Shown: positions 13,503 to 22,264 of the stretch, in pieces
Layout of the letters: each line of letters starts with the position of its first letter
How positions within the stretch are numbered: the first letter of the stretch is position 1
DNA from: an uncultured Pseudomonadota bacterium
GTDB lineage: Bacteria > Oederibacteriota > Muellerivitia > Muellerivitales > Muellerivitaceae
Assembly: GCA_963836235.1 (NCBI GenBank)
Contig: CAWIIP010000001.1
Location: forward strand, 1 to 64,000
Length of the DNA: 64,000 nucleotides
Reading direction: 5' to 3'
Made by a program: the position numbers and the translations under genes
The notes under the pieces: model-generated
Told to the model about the DNA's origin: nothing
Databases searched by the model: none
What the model saw: the letters and a program-made list of their open reading frames with translations, nothing else

Positions 13503-14475
13503 GCTGCAAACACCCTTAACCGTAGCCGCTTATAAAAGTGATGTCCATAATGACTGGTGCCCTGGCTGCGGAGATTTTGGTATTCTCCAGTCCGTCCAGC
13601 AATCCTGCGCTGAGTTGGCTTTGCCGCCGTGGGAGACCATGGTTTTTGCCGGCATCGGCTGTTCGGGTAAAGTCTTTAATTACATGGCTTCTCACGGGGT
13701 TCATACCCTCCATGGGCGTGTTTTGCCTTTCGCTGTAGGGGCCAAGTTAGCTAATCCGGAACTGGAAGTCATTGCCGTAGGCGGTGATGGGGACGGTTAT
13801 GGGATCGGTGCCGGGCACTTTGTCCATGCGGGCCGACGCAATGTGGATATGGCCTATATCGTCATGACCAACGAAGTTTATGGTTTGACCAAGGGACAGG
13901 CCGCGCCGACTTTGGGCCGGGGCCAACAAACCAAATCCCTTCCGCTTCCTAATACTAACGATGCCATCCAGCCTTTGGCCCTGGCTTTGAGTTCGGGCTA
14001 TACCTGGATCGGCCGCAGCTATGCTTTTGATGGCAAACATTTGAAAGAGATGATCAAGAAAGCGATAGAGCATAAAGGGATGGCTTTGCTGGACGTGCTC
14101 CAACCCTGTCCCACTTTCAACGATCTTCATACCGCGGAGTGGTTCAATAAAAAAGTCAAGGCCGAAGGGCAAATCACGATGCTGCCCCGTATTTTCAACG
14201 CGAACGAAGCGGGTCATGACGGTTCGGTTAAGGATCCCACCAATCTGGATGAGGTGGCCGATAAACAGAAGAAGGCCTTTGAGTTAGCTCATTATCACGG
14301 GGACCGTATCCCGGTCGGTGTTTTTTATGAGATCAAGCTTCCAACTTATGTCGAACGGATGCAGGCCCAAGCGCCGATGTTGAAAAAATACGCGCCGGCA
14401 AAGGTTCCCTATGAGGACGCTAGTCATTTGCCAACGACTGATTTGACCAAATCCTACGAAGAATTTTTGTATTAA
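13492..14475 (+). CDS. korB: 2-oxoacid:ferredoxin oxidoreductase beta subunit (TPP-binding)
   Basis: WCPGCGDFGIL, GIGCSG, LHGR, GGDGDG TPP motif, YGLTKGQ, LQPCPTFN. Confidence 0.93.
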   Translation: MVSKLQTPLTVAAYKSDVHNDWCPGCGDFGILQSVQQSCAELALPPWETMVFAGIGCSGKVFNYMASHGVHTLHGRVLPFAVGAKLANPELEVIAVGGDGDGYGIGAGHFVHAGRRNVDMAYIVMTNEVYGLTKGQAAPTLGRGQQTKSLPLPNTNDAIQPLALALSSGYTWIGRSYAFDGKHLKEMIKKAIEHKGMALLDVLQPCPTFNDLHTAEWFNKKVKAEGQITMLPRIFNANEAGHDGSVKDPTNLDEVADKQKKAFELAHYHGDRIPVGVFYEIKLPTYVERMQAQAPMLKKYAPAKVPYEDASHLPTTDLTKSYEEFLY

Positions 14476-14480
14476 GTGAG

Positions 14481-14525
14481 AATAAAAAAGGCCCGAATCC
14501 TACTCGGATCCGGGCCTTTTTTATT
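14481..14525 (+). terminator. Intrinsic terminator (bidirectional-type) after korB
   Basis: AATAAAAAAGGCCCGAATCC-TACTC-GGATCCGGGCCTTTTTTATT. Confidence 0.85.
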
Positions 14526-14570
14526 TCGAGTGTTTTTAAAGTTGGTTTAATTATCGTTCCAAGGTGAGCC

Positions 14571-15353
14571 TTGTCCAAATCCATCGCGGTGATCCCCGTT
14601 TTCAACGAAGAAAAAACTCTTTTGAACGTTCTGGATAGGGTAAGCGGACAAGTTGATCTTTTGGTTTGCGTGAATGATGGATCCCGCGATAAAACTTTGA
14701 GGATTTTAAAGACTTATGCCCGTAAGCGAAAAAGCTTATTTATTGTGAATTTACCCGTCAATACCGGTATGGCGGGAGCATTGAAGAACGGATTTTTGTT
14801 TGTTCTCTACTTGGCTCAAATTGGAAATGTCGACCCGGATGATATTGTGGTGACCATTGATGCGGACGGACAACATAAACCGGAGTATATTTCCGGAATC
14901 AAAAAATATATGATTCGAAAAAAAGTTGATATGGTCCTGACACGACGAAATTTTTCAGTTTATCCGACATACAAAATTTTAGGTAACCGCTTTCTTAGTT
15001 GGACCAATTCTGTTTTATCCGGGATGAAATATAATGATGTGGAATCGGGATTAAGATTGTTGAAAGTTAAAACATTAAAACCAATATTGGAATATTATGC
15101 GGGCGTTAAATATTCTTGCGCCCAGGAAATCGCCCTTATTTCCGCCCGATCCGGGTTTAAGATCGACAATAACTTTCAAGTGGATATCGCCTATTACCGG
15201 GCCGGTACGACTGTTTGGGATGGCTTTATCGTTCTTTTCTTTAGTTTTGTTGCATTTTGGCGCTGGCGGCTCAAACTTTCTAAAAACGTTGATTTCGACA
15301 CCCCTCTTATGCGTAAATCTTTTCAAGACTCCCAGCGCCTATGGAAATATTAA
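14571..15353 (+). CDS. GT2 glycosyltransferase (DPM/DPG synthase-like) with C-terminal TM
   Basis: VIPVFNEE, VNDGSRD, IDADGQH (DxD), GNRFLS, DVESGLR. Confidence 0.85.
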   Translation: MSKSIAVIPVFNEEKTLLNVLDRVSGQVDLLVCVNDGSRDKTLRILKTYARKRKSLFIVNLPVNTGMAGALKNGFLFVLYLAQIGNVDPDDIVVTIDADGQHKPEYISGIKKYMIRKKVDMVLTRRNFSVYPTYKILGNRFLSWTNSVLSGMKYNDVESGLRLLKVKTLKPILEYYAGVKYSCAQEIALISARSGFKIDNNFQVDIAYYRAGTTVWDGFIVLFFSFVAFWRWRLKLSKNVDFDTPLMRKSFQDSQRLWKY

Positions 15354-15371
15354 ATAAAAGTGAAATGAAAA

Positions 15372-15752
15372 ATGGAGCTTAACCTTCCAAAAATCTCGTC
15401 TTTTCTTTGTTGTAACAATATCCAGCAAGATGTGCTGAATAAAAACTACGAATTGAGGGGAGTATTCCAGGGTTTTAGCCCGCCAGCATATCCTTGGGGC
15501 GCCGAGTTCATGACCTTCTCCCGGATGTCGTACGAGGAGAAAGGGGAATTTCAAATCGACATTTCGCTTCATAACGAAAAGGGTGAAAAAGTTTCCGACA
15601 GTCTTCCAAGAAAAATTCAATTCGGCGGCGAATTACCAACACACGACCTTATCACGGCATGGAGGGTCATCATCCCGAGTCCTGGCGTTTATGTTTTCAA
15701 GGCCTTTTGCAACAATTTAACCGTCGGTGAGTATAAGATTTTCTGCCGTTAG
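15372..15752 (+). CDS. Hypothetical small beta-rich protein (DUF6941-like)
   Basis: 126-aa ORF 18 nt after the GT2 gene; FLCCNN near the N-terminus and IPSPGVYVF near the C-terminus suggest a beta-sandwich. Confidence 0.6.
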   Translation: MELNLPKISSFLCCNNIQQDVLNKNYELRGVFQGFSPPAYPWGAEFMTFSRMSYEEKGEFQIDISLHNEKGEKVSDSLPRKIQFGGELPTHDLITAWRVIIPSPGVYVFKAFCNNLTVGEYKIFCR

Positions 15753-15896
15753 CCTTTTCGTCCCATTTTTTGCGAGTTTTATTTGCCAAAAAGTTAAGTT
15801 ATACTAAGCGCCGTTTTGCCAAACCTGATAATATTCTTGTGAATTTTGAAGATATGTATACTTTCTGTTTTTTTAAATTTCTAAAAAGGAAAAAAT

Positions 15897-18800
15897 GTGG
15901 CTAAGAAAGTCACTGGCCATTTATCCGCCGGTTTGTTCGGGAAACCAACCTTTTGGCTTTTGTTTACGATTGTTTTTTGGGGCGGATGTTTCCGGTTTTA
16001 CAATCCCGATTGGGATTATCAGCATTCTTTTCATCCTGATGAACGCAACATTCTGGGTCAGACCGCTGGGATCCAACCTGACAATGGCTATCGGGTTGGT
16101 TTTTGGGCCTATGGGCAGCTGACGATCTATCTTTACCGCGCGACAGGCGAACTTCTTTCCACGCCAACCTTCTTTTACAACCTTTTCCATGGGAACGAAG
16201 GTGCGGCTCAAATCGCATATTGGTTGATGCTTCTGGCTGTTCTCGCTCTGGGTTGCGCTTCTTTTTTCAAAGGGAAAGCTAAGATCTCGCTTTTTTCGGT
16301 TTCTGCTTTTGTTTTCGCGAATTTTGCGTTTTGGAGCCTGGCGCCGCTTTATTCCAATCAGGGATTTTCTGGGATTAATTTTGTTTTATGGTTCTTGCTT
16401 CTTGGATTTCTTTATTTCCTTTACCGTCTTTTCTTGGATGAAAACAATGAAACCATTGAGACATCCGTTGCGGCTCTTCTATTTATAGCTTTCCTGGTTT
16501 ACAAATTTTTTCCCATTTTTTCCATTTGGATAAAAGCGGTGGAGGATAGTCCGGCTAAAGTCGTTTGCTTTCTTCTGGTGACGATCGCTTCTTTTGGATT
16601 GTCTTTCATCGCGTCTGAATTCTTTGAAACGGACTGGGAGGGAATCCCCTTCTATTCAGCCGCCGGCGCCACCATTCTTTTGGGTGTTTTTCCTTTCATT
16701 TTGCCGGGGGTATTCGCACAGACCTTCAGTGTCTTGGCTTTTACGTTGATTCTATCCGTTGCGATCTTTTGGTGGGCTCTGGCTTCGAGATGGGGAAGGG
16801 TTTGTGCCAGTCTATTGGGCTTTTGGGTTTGTTTTGCCGCCCTTGCCCATGCCGGAAAGCAATATACGGGATATGGGGAAGGTATGATTATCGGGCGTTT
16901 GTGGGCCGCCGCTTTTTCAACCGCCACGATCGCCGCGGTTTTCTTCTTGGTCCAACGGATTTACCAGAATATCAGCATGGCCTTTTTGGCGGCGGCCTTT
17001 TTTGCCTTCTCGGTTGTAAGCATCGAACAGACCCATTACTGCATTTCCGAATCCTTCATTACCCTCATGTTCGTAGTCGTCGCCATTTGTTCCTATGAAA
17101 TTATCCGGGAAGGAAGTTGGAGAAGTTATCTCCTGGCCGGAGGTGCTTTCGGGCTTGCCCTGGCGGCTAAGACCAGTTGTCTCTATTACGTGTTCATTCT
17201 TGTTACTGCCCATCTAGTGGCCTTATCCAAAAAATCCGCGAAGGATTGGGAAAGAGAAGGCAAAAAACTGGGGGACAATCGGATTCTCTATTCGGTACTG
17301 GCCGTTATTTTGTTGGTTCTGACGGTTGGCGCCTTTGGGGGGGTGGGATACAAATTCCACGGTGTTCTCCAAGATCTGTTCGAGAAAGAGCCGATGGTGG
17401 CAAATGGCATATGGATAACCCTTTTTGCTTTTTTGGCGGGGCTCGGGATATTGTTTGCTTCCTGGGGAGTGGTGGAATTTAAGGTCTTGCGGGCCCAGAT
17501 GCCCCAATGGTTGAAATTAACCGGGGCTGGGGGCTTGGCTTTTTTACTCTTTTGCCTTTTGTCCCCCTGGTCGCTTTTGGACATCCAAAAATTCATGGAA
17601 TCACAGAATTACGAATGGCATACGGTTTCCATAGCAGATGCCTGTTATGTCCTTCAATTCAAGGATACCCCTCGGTATCTTTATCAATTGAAAAATTTGA
17701 TGAGCGTGGAACTTTGGTGGCCCTTGGGTGTGACGGTTGTTTTGGGAATGGTTTGGGTTATGGGGCGTTTTGTGGCGCGTTTGGTAAGGCCCGTCGGCCA
17801 GGGGTATCTTTTGTTACTACCCTTTACCCGGAACAAAGGCTTCGCCTTTTCCCTTCCTGATCTTTTAATCTTATGTTGGTTCATCCCTTATTTTGGGTTT
17901 ATCGGTTCTTGGAACACCAAATTTGTTCGTTACATGGTGCCTCTTATTCCCGCCTTCTGCATCTTCGGGGCTAGGTTTTTGACGGACCTATTCGAATTGG
18001 GAAAGAAAATTTCTTTTGGTAAGTTTTTAAAACCTATCCTGTGCGCGCTTGTCGTTGGCCCCAGTCTTTTTTATTCGATCGCTTACATGCATGTTTACCG
18101 CTTCCAACATCCCTGGATCGAATCTTCGGTATGGATTTATAAAAATATCCCCTTTGGGTCGAAGATTTTCAACGAGTCATGGGGTGATGGACTGCCGGTA
18201 GACATCAGTCCAGCCCAGGATTCCCGGGTTGACCGGATCATGAGCCCTGGTTTGTACCGTTCCCAAGACGTTACGCCATACGAAATGCACGGATTCCCAA
18301 CGGACAATAGCCCCGTCAAGAAAAATTACTACGCGAATTTGATTCCCCAGGGGGAATACATCAGCATTTCATCCAAGAAGCTCTGGTACACATTGACGGA
18401 TGAAACCCCTGAGTTCCGGCCAAACGGATATAACGCTTATCCGGTGACCTCCCGTTATTACCGCTGTTTGTGGTCGGGACTTTTGGGTTACAAGATGGTG
18501 GCTGAATTCCATAATTTTCCGAGCTTTTTGGGCTGGGAACATCCCGACGACATGGCCGAAGAATCCTTCTCCGTTTACGACCATCCCCGGATTTACATCT
18601 TCAAGAAATTCGAAACGGTTACTCCTGAGAAAATCCTAAAATTATTGGAGACCGATGATTACGTAAAAGGTGTCAATCGGGACATAATGCGCAACATCAC
18701 TCCCGCCAATGTGGATTCCTTTATCGCTGAACGGCACCAATATTTGGAAAGCCATGGGCTTCTGGCGTCCTTGGATGAGATAACCGCTGCACCTGTGAGT

Positions 18801-21800
18801 GCCACCTCGGTTCCGGCGGTTTCTAAAGGAAAAAAATTTCAACCGACACCTGTTCCAATAGTCGCAACCCAGACACAACCTACTCCCGAAATGAAACTTG
18901 ATGTCCCTCCGACTGTTCCAAAGCCGCCGGATGCGCGGACTCTTCAAGTTCTTCAATCCTATGCCGACCATCCGGTTGTTGAGAACGACCCTACCCATCC
19001 TGTACCTGCACGAGAAACGAGCACTGGTTATCAATTTTGGGCATGGTTCATTTGGTTGGGAGCTTTAATTGTTTTGGGATGGCTCGCAATGCCTTTAACG
19101 CTTCGTATTTTGGCACCGATACCGGGAGGTGCTTATGCGTTGAGTAAAGTTCTCGGTTTTTTTTTATTCGCGTGGCTGGTTTGGTTCGCTACGAGCGTCA
19201 AAATTTGCCATTTCACCATAGGCTCCTGTTGGCTTTGGTTTCTTGCTTTAACGTCTCTTTCCGTTTTCGGGTTTTGGCGGGATCGGAAATTAATTAAGAC
19301 GATTTATTCCAAATGGTCCAAGGCATGGCTGATCCAGGAAGGCGCTTTTGTCCTGGCATTCCTCCTTTTTACTATCATCAAAATCTATATTCCCCATATC
19401 CATGATCCAGTAGGGGAAGGCTATAACGGCGGCGGAGAAGCGGGAATGGATTTTGGTTTCCTTTCCTCGGTGGTCCGAGGCGAAACATTTCCGCCCCAAA
19501 ATATGTGGATGGCGGGCGACCATATACGGTATCCCTACTACTATGGGCATGTAGTCATGGGTATCTTGACCAAGTTTTTGGGTTTGGTACCCGCCGTGAC
19601 TTATAACCTGGGGCTCATTACTCTTTTTGCCCTGATCTTTTCTTCCGCCTTCGGGCTTGGTTTTGCTCTGTCGGGTCGACTTGTCAGTGGTGGAATTGCG
19701 GGATTCTTGTGCGCCGCCGCAGGAAATCCAGCGGGTGCTAAGCAGGTTTTGGAAGGACTCCACCAAAGTTTCGTGTCCGGTCATTTGTCGGTTTTTGCCG
19801 GCAGTTTGACCAATTACGACTACTGGGGTCCCACCCGTGTTATTCCCAATAGTATCAACGAATTTCCTTACTTCAGTGTCCTCTATGGCGATTTGCATGC
19901 CCACACCTTGGCGATGCCTTTCGCCATGCTTCTTATCGCGGTAGTCTTTTCATTTTATCTTTCTCCTCCAAACAGGCCCTTTTCCTTTTCCGGGGATTGG
20001 ATCCGGTTTTTAACCTGCGGTTTTCTCCTGGGTGGAATCTTCTTTATGAACGCTTGGGACTTAGTAACTTGGTTTGTCCTGATTGGGCTGGCCCTTCTGG
20101 TGAGGAACTTGGGTAGCTTAAACGCAATAGGATTGAGAAAAGGTTTCGGCCTTCTCTTGGTGGTATTTGTCCTGGTGCTAACCCTCTTAGGCTGGGTGGC
20201 AACGTTAGTTCCTGGGTTGGACCCGGAGGTATTGGGAGGGAAGACGCCCATTTTAATAGGGGCTTTTGCTTTGGGCTTTGTGGTTGGAATAGTGTTTTTA
20301 ATGAAGTCAAAACCTACGGCGATTCTCTCAAAGCATCTGATTTCCATTGCACTAACCATCGGCGGCATTTTATTCATGACGATCCTTCCCTGGCTTCCTT
20401 TGTTTTGGGGGTTCACCCCCCAAAAAAGTGAAATCTTGTGGGTAACTCCCAACCTTCGAACGGCTCTTTCCAACTTCGTTGGAATTTATGGATTCTTCCT
20501 GACGGTTCTTCTGATGGGTTTTATAGTGGGTTGTTCAAAGGATATCGTGGGATGGATGGGTAAAGAGATAAAAAGAAAATGGGATTGGGATGACGCTTTC
20601 GACGGGTGGATCGACCGGTTGGAAGGTTTGGTCCAGCCTCAAGGCCCGATCCAGGGAATGCTTTCATTTGGCATCGCCACGATGATCTTGATTTGGGGGG
20701 CCTCCTGGGTCCATTGGACATTCCCGCCTGACAAATCCATCTTCTCGCTTTTGATTGCCACAGTTGGAGCAGTGCTTTTGGCCCTGGCGGTCTACCGTCG
20801 GGATATCTGGGGGCTATGGTTGGCGGTCGTTTTCGTCGGATTGTTTTGGACGGCTCTTTTGGTTTCGCATTTTATTCATCTTTACCAGGATATGTCCTTT
20901 TCCTTGGGCATGCCTCTTTTTTCAGTTCTTTGGCTTCTGGCTTTCCTTTACCTGGGGTTGGGACTAAGGGTTTTCAAAGATCGCACCCTCTCCTTTACTT
21001 ATTTAATGGTTTCACTTTTCTTTTTTATTGTCGCCACTTTGGAAATTTTTGTCATGAGGGAGTACATGGGAGGCGATTATTTGAGGAATAATTCCCTTTT
21101 CAAATTCGGGATTAACGCCTGGGAGTTGGGGGCCGTGGCAGCCGGTGTATTCATTCCCAAAATTTTAGATTTGTTCGCCCTTTTGTTTAAAACAGTCAAA
21201 AAAGAATCGGCTTCCGCGAGGCGGGGAATGGCCTTTCTTTCGGCTTTCTTCTTGTTCGGCCTTCTTCGTGTCCTACTCGACAGTTTCATGCCTTCTTTCA
21301 ACGCCACTGTCATTTCGGTTTTAAATGTGCTACTTATTGGCGGGATTTTAGGCTGGAGTTTGATTGAAAATTGGATCAAGAATTCAACCGCGAGAATCAC
21401 CGCCATCGCATTCGGGGTTTTGTTTATTCTTTACGCCATTCTCCCGATGCTTCCTGCGGCTCCTTATGGGACGCTTTTGGCTTTTGCGCAGAGGTGGACG
21501 GAAGACTTTAATGCCGGGGTTTTATTTCCGGCTCTCCTGGCCTTATTAGCTGTCGGACTCTACCAAGTGATTCGTGAGGGAAAGAAAAATACTGGCCGGA
21601 CGCTGGTCTTCCTGAGTTGGCGTGCCTTGTTGTTGGCTTTTGGACTGATGATATTGGTTTATCCCTTCGCGGCGACTATCCGGAAATGCCACGGCTTTTT
21701 AGACCGATACCGCCAACAGTGGACTAGTTCAGTGGAAAGCTTAACTTTGAACGGGTTGGCCTATATGCCCCTCGTGAATCCTTACGACGCGGCCGCCATT

Positions 21801-22214
21801 CGTTTTTTGAATGAACACATACCTGACCAGCCTTGCCTAGTGGAGTTTGTGGGTGAAGGGTATAATTCGTGGGGTTCAAGGTTCTCGATTTTTACGGGGA
21901 TACCGGCTTTGATGGGGTGGGATGGACATGTTCATGAATGGGTGACCGGACGGCCTGATTTGGGCGCGGATGTCGACCGCCGGTTTCAAGCTACGGAGCA
22001 AATCTTTCGAACCCCCGATCCCCAATCGGCCAAGAAATACCTGGACGCCTATGGTGTTAGGCTTGTCATGGTGGGGACGGTGGAGAGAAACGGGGTCCCG
22101 GGCCGAAAAGGCGGGTATCCCGCCGAGGGATTGGCCAAATTTTCAAGCTTTTTACCCCTGATTTACCACAATCCTCAAGTGGAAATTTATTATAATCCAC
22201 CCCCGACCAACTGA
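15897..22214 (+). CDS. Giant polytopic fusion: PMT/ArnT-like GT-C module + P/T linker + DUF2298 (Chlor_Arch_YYY) module
   Basis: N-half: FHPDER, GRLWAAAFS, GLALAAKTS, KFVRYMVP, ESWGDGLP, EESFSVYDHP. C-half: GEAGMDF, YPYYYG, INEFPYFSVLYGDLHAH, NAWD, TGIPALMGWDGH. Uninterrupted 2105 aa. Confidence 0.8.
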   Translation: MAKKVTGHLSAGLFGKPTFWLLFTIVFWGGCFRFYNPDWDYQHSFHPDERNILGQTAGIQPDNGYRVGFWAYGQLTIYLYRATGELLSTPTFFYNLFHGNEGAAQIAYWLMLLAVLALGCASFFKGKAKISLFSVSAFVFANFAFWSLAPLYSNQGFSGINFVLWFLLLGFLYFLYRLFLDENNETIETSVAALLFIAFLVYKFFPIFSIWIKAVEDSPAKVVCFLLVTIASFGLSFIASEFFETDWEGIPFYSAAGATILLGVFPFILPGVFAQTFSVLAFTLILSVAIFWWALASRWGRVCASLLGFWVCFAALAHAGKQYTGYGEGMIIGRLWAAAFSTATIAAVFFLVQRIYQNISMAFLAAAFFAFSVVSIEQTHYCISESFITLMFVVVAICSYEIIREGSWRSYLLAGGAFGLALAAKTSCLYYVFILVTAHLVALSKKSAKDWEREGKKLGDNRILYSVLAVILLVLTVGAFGGVGYKFHGVLQDLFEKEPMVANGIWITLFAFLAGLGILFASWGVVEFKVLRAQMPQWLKLTGAGGLAFLLFCLLSPWSLLDIQKFMESQNYEWHTVSIADACYVLQFKDTPRYLYQLKNLMSVELWWPLGVTVVLGMVWVMGRFVARLVRPVGQGYLLLLPFTRNKGFAFSLPDLLILCWFIPYFGFIGSWNTKFVRYMVPLIPAFCIFGARFLTDLFELGKKISFGKFLKPILCALVVGPSLFYSIAYMHVYRFQHPWIESSVWIYKNIPFGSKIFNESWGDGLPVDISPAQDSRVDRIMSPGLYRSQDVTPYEMHGFPTDNSPVKKNYYANLIPQGEYISISSKKLWYTLTDETPEFRPNGYNAYPVTSRYYRCLWSGLLGYKMVAEFHNFPSFLGWEHPDDMAEESFSVYDHPRIYIFKKFETVTPEKILKLLETDDYVKGVNRDIMRNITPANVDSFIAERHQYLESHGLLASLDEITAAPVSATSVPAVSKGKKFQPTPVPIVATQTQPTPEMKLDVPPTVPKPPDARTLQVLQSYADHPVVENDPTHPVPARETSTGYQFWAWFIWLGALIVLGWLAMPLTLRILAPIPGGAYALSKVLGFFLFAWLVWFATSVKICHFTIGSCWLWFLALTSLSVFGFWRDRKLIKTIYSKWSKAWLIQEGAFVLAFLLFTIIKIYIPHIHDPVGEGYNGGGEAGMDFGFLSSVVRGETFPPQNMWMAGDHIRYPYYYGHVVMGILTKFLGLVPAVTYNLGLITLFALIFSSAFGLGFALSGRLVSGGIAGFLCAAAGNPAGAKQVLEGLHQSFVSGHLSVFAGSLTNYDYWGPTRVIPNSINEFPYFSVLYGDLHAHTLAMPFAMLLIAVVFSFYLSPPNRPFSFSGDWIRFLTCGFLLGGIFFMNAWDLVTWFVLIGLALLVRNLGSLNAIGLRKGFGLLLVVFVLVLTLLGWVATLVPGLDPEVLGGKTPILIGAFALGFVVGIVFLMKSKPTAILSKHLISIALTIGGILFMTILPWLPLFWGFTPQKSEILWVTPNLRTALSNFVGIYGFFLTVLLMGFIVGCSKDIVGWMGKEIKRKWDWDDAFDGWIDRLEGLVQPQGPIQGMLSFGIATMILIWGASWVHWTFPPDKSIFSLLIATVGAVLLALAVYRRDIWGLWLAVVFVGLFWTALLVSHFIHLYQDMSFSLGMPLFSVLWLLAFLYLGLGLRVFKDRTLSFTYLMVSLFFFIVATLEIFVMREYMGGDYLRNNSLFKFGINAWELGAVAAGVFIPKILDLFALLFKTVKKESASARRGMAFLSAFFLFGLLRVLLDSFMPSFNATVISVLNVLLIGGILGWSLIENWIKNSTARITAIAFGVLFILYAILPMLPAAPYGTLLAFAQRWTEDFNAGVLFPALLALLAVGLYQVIREGKKNTGRTLVFLSWRALLLAFGLMILVYPFAATIRKCHGFLDRYRQQWTSSVESLTLNGLAYMPLVNPYDAAAIRFLNEHIPDQPCLVEFVGEGYNSWGSRFSIFTGIPALMGWDGHVHEWVTGRPDLGADVDRRFQATEQIFRTPDPQSAKKYLDAYGVRLVMVGTVERNGVPGRKGGYPAEGLAKFSSFLPLIYHNPQVEIYYNPPPTN

Positions 22215-22264
22215 TCGTTTATAGCCCGAATGCTTTGCCAAGACTTTAGAGGGAGGCCTTTTCA

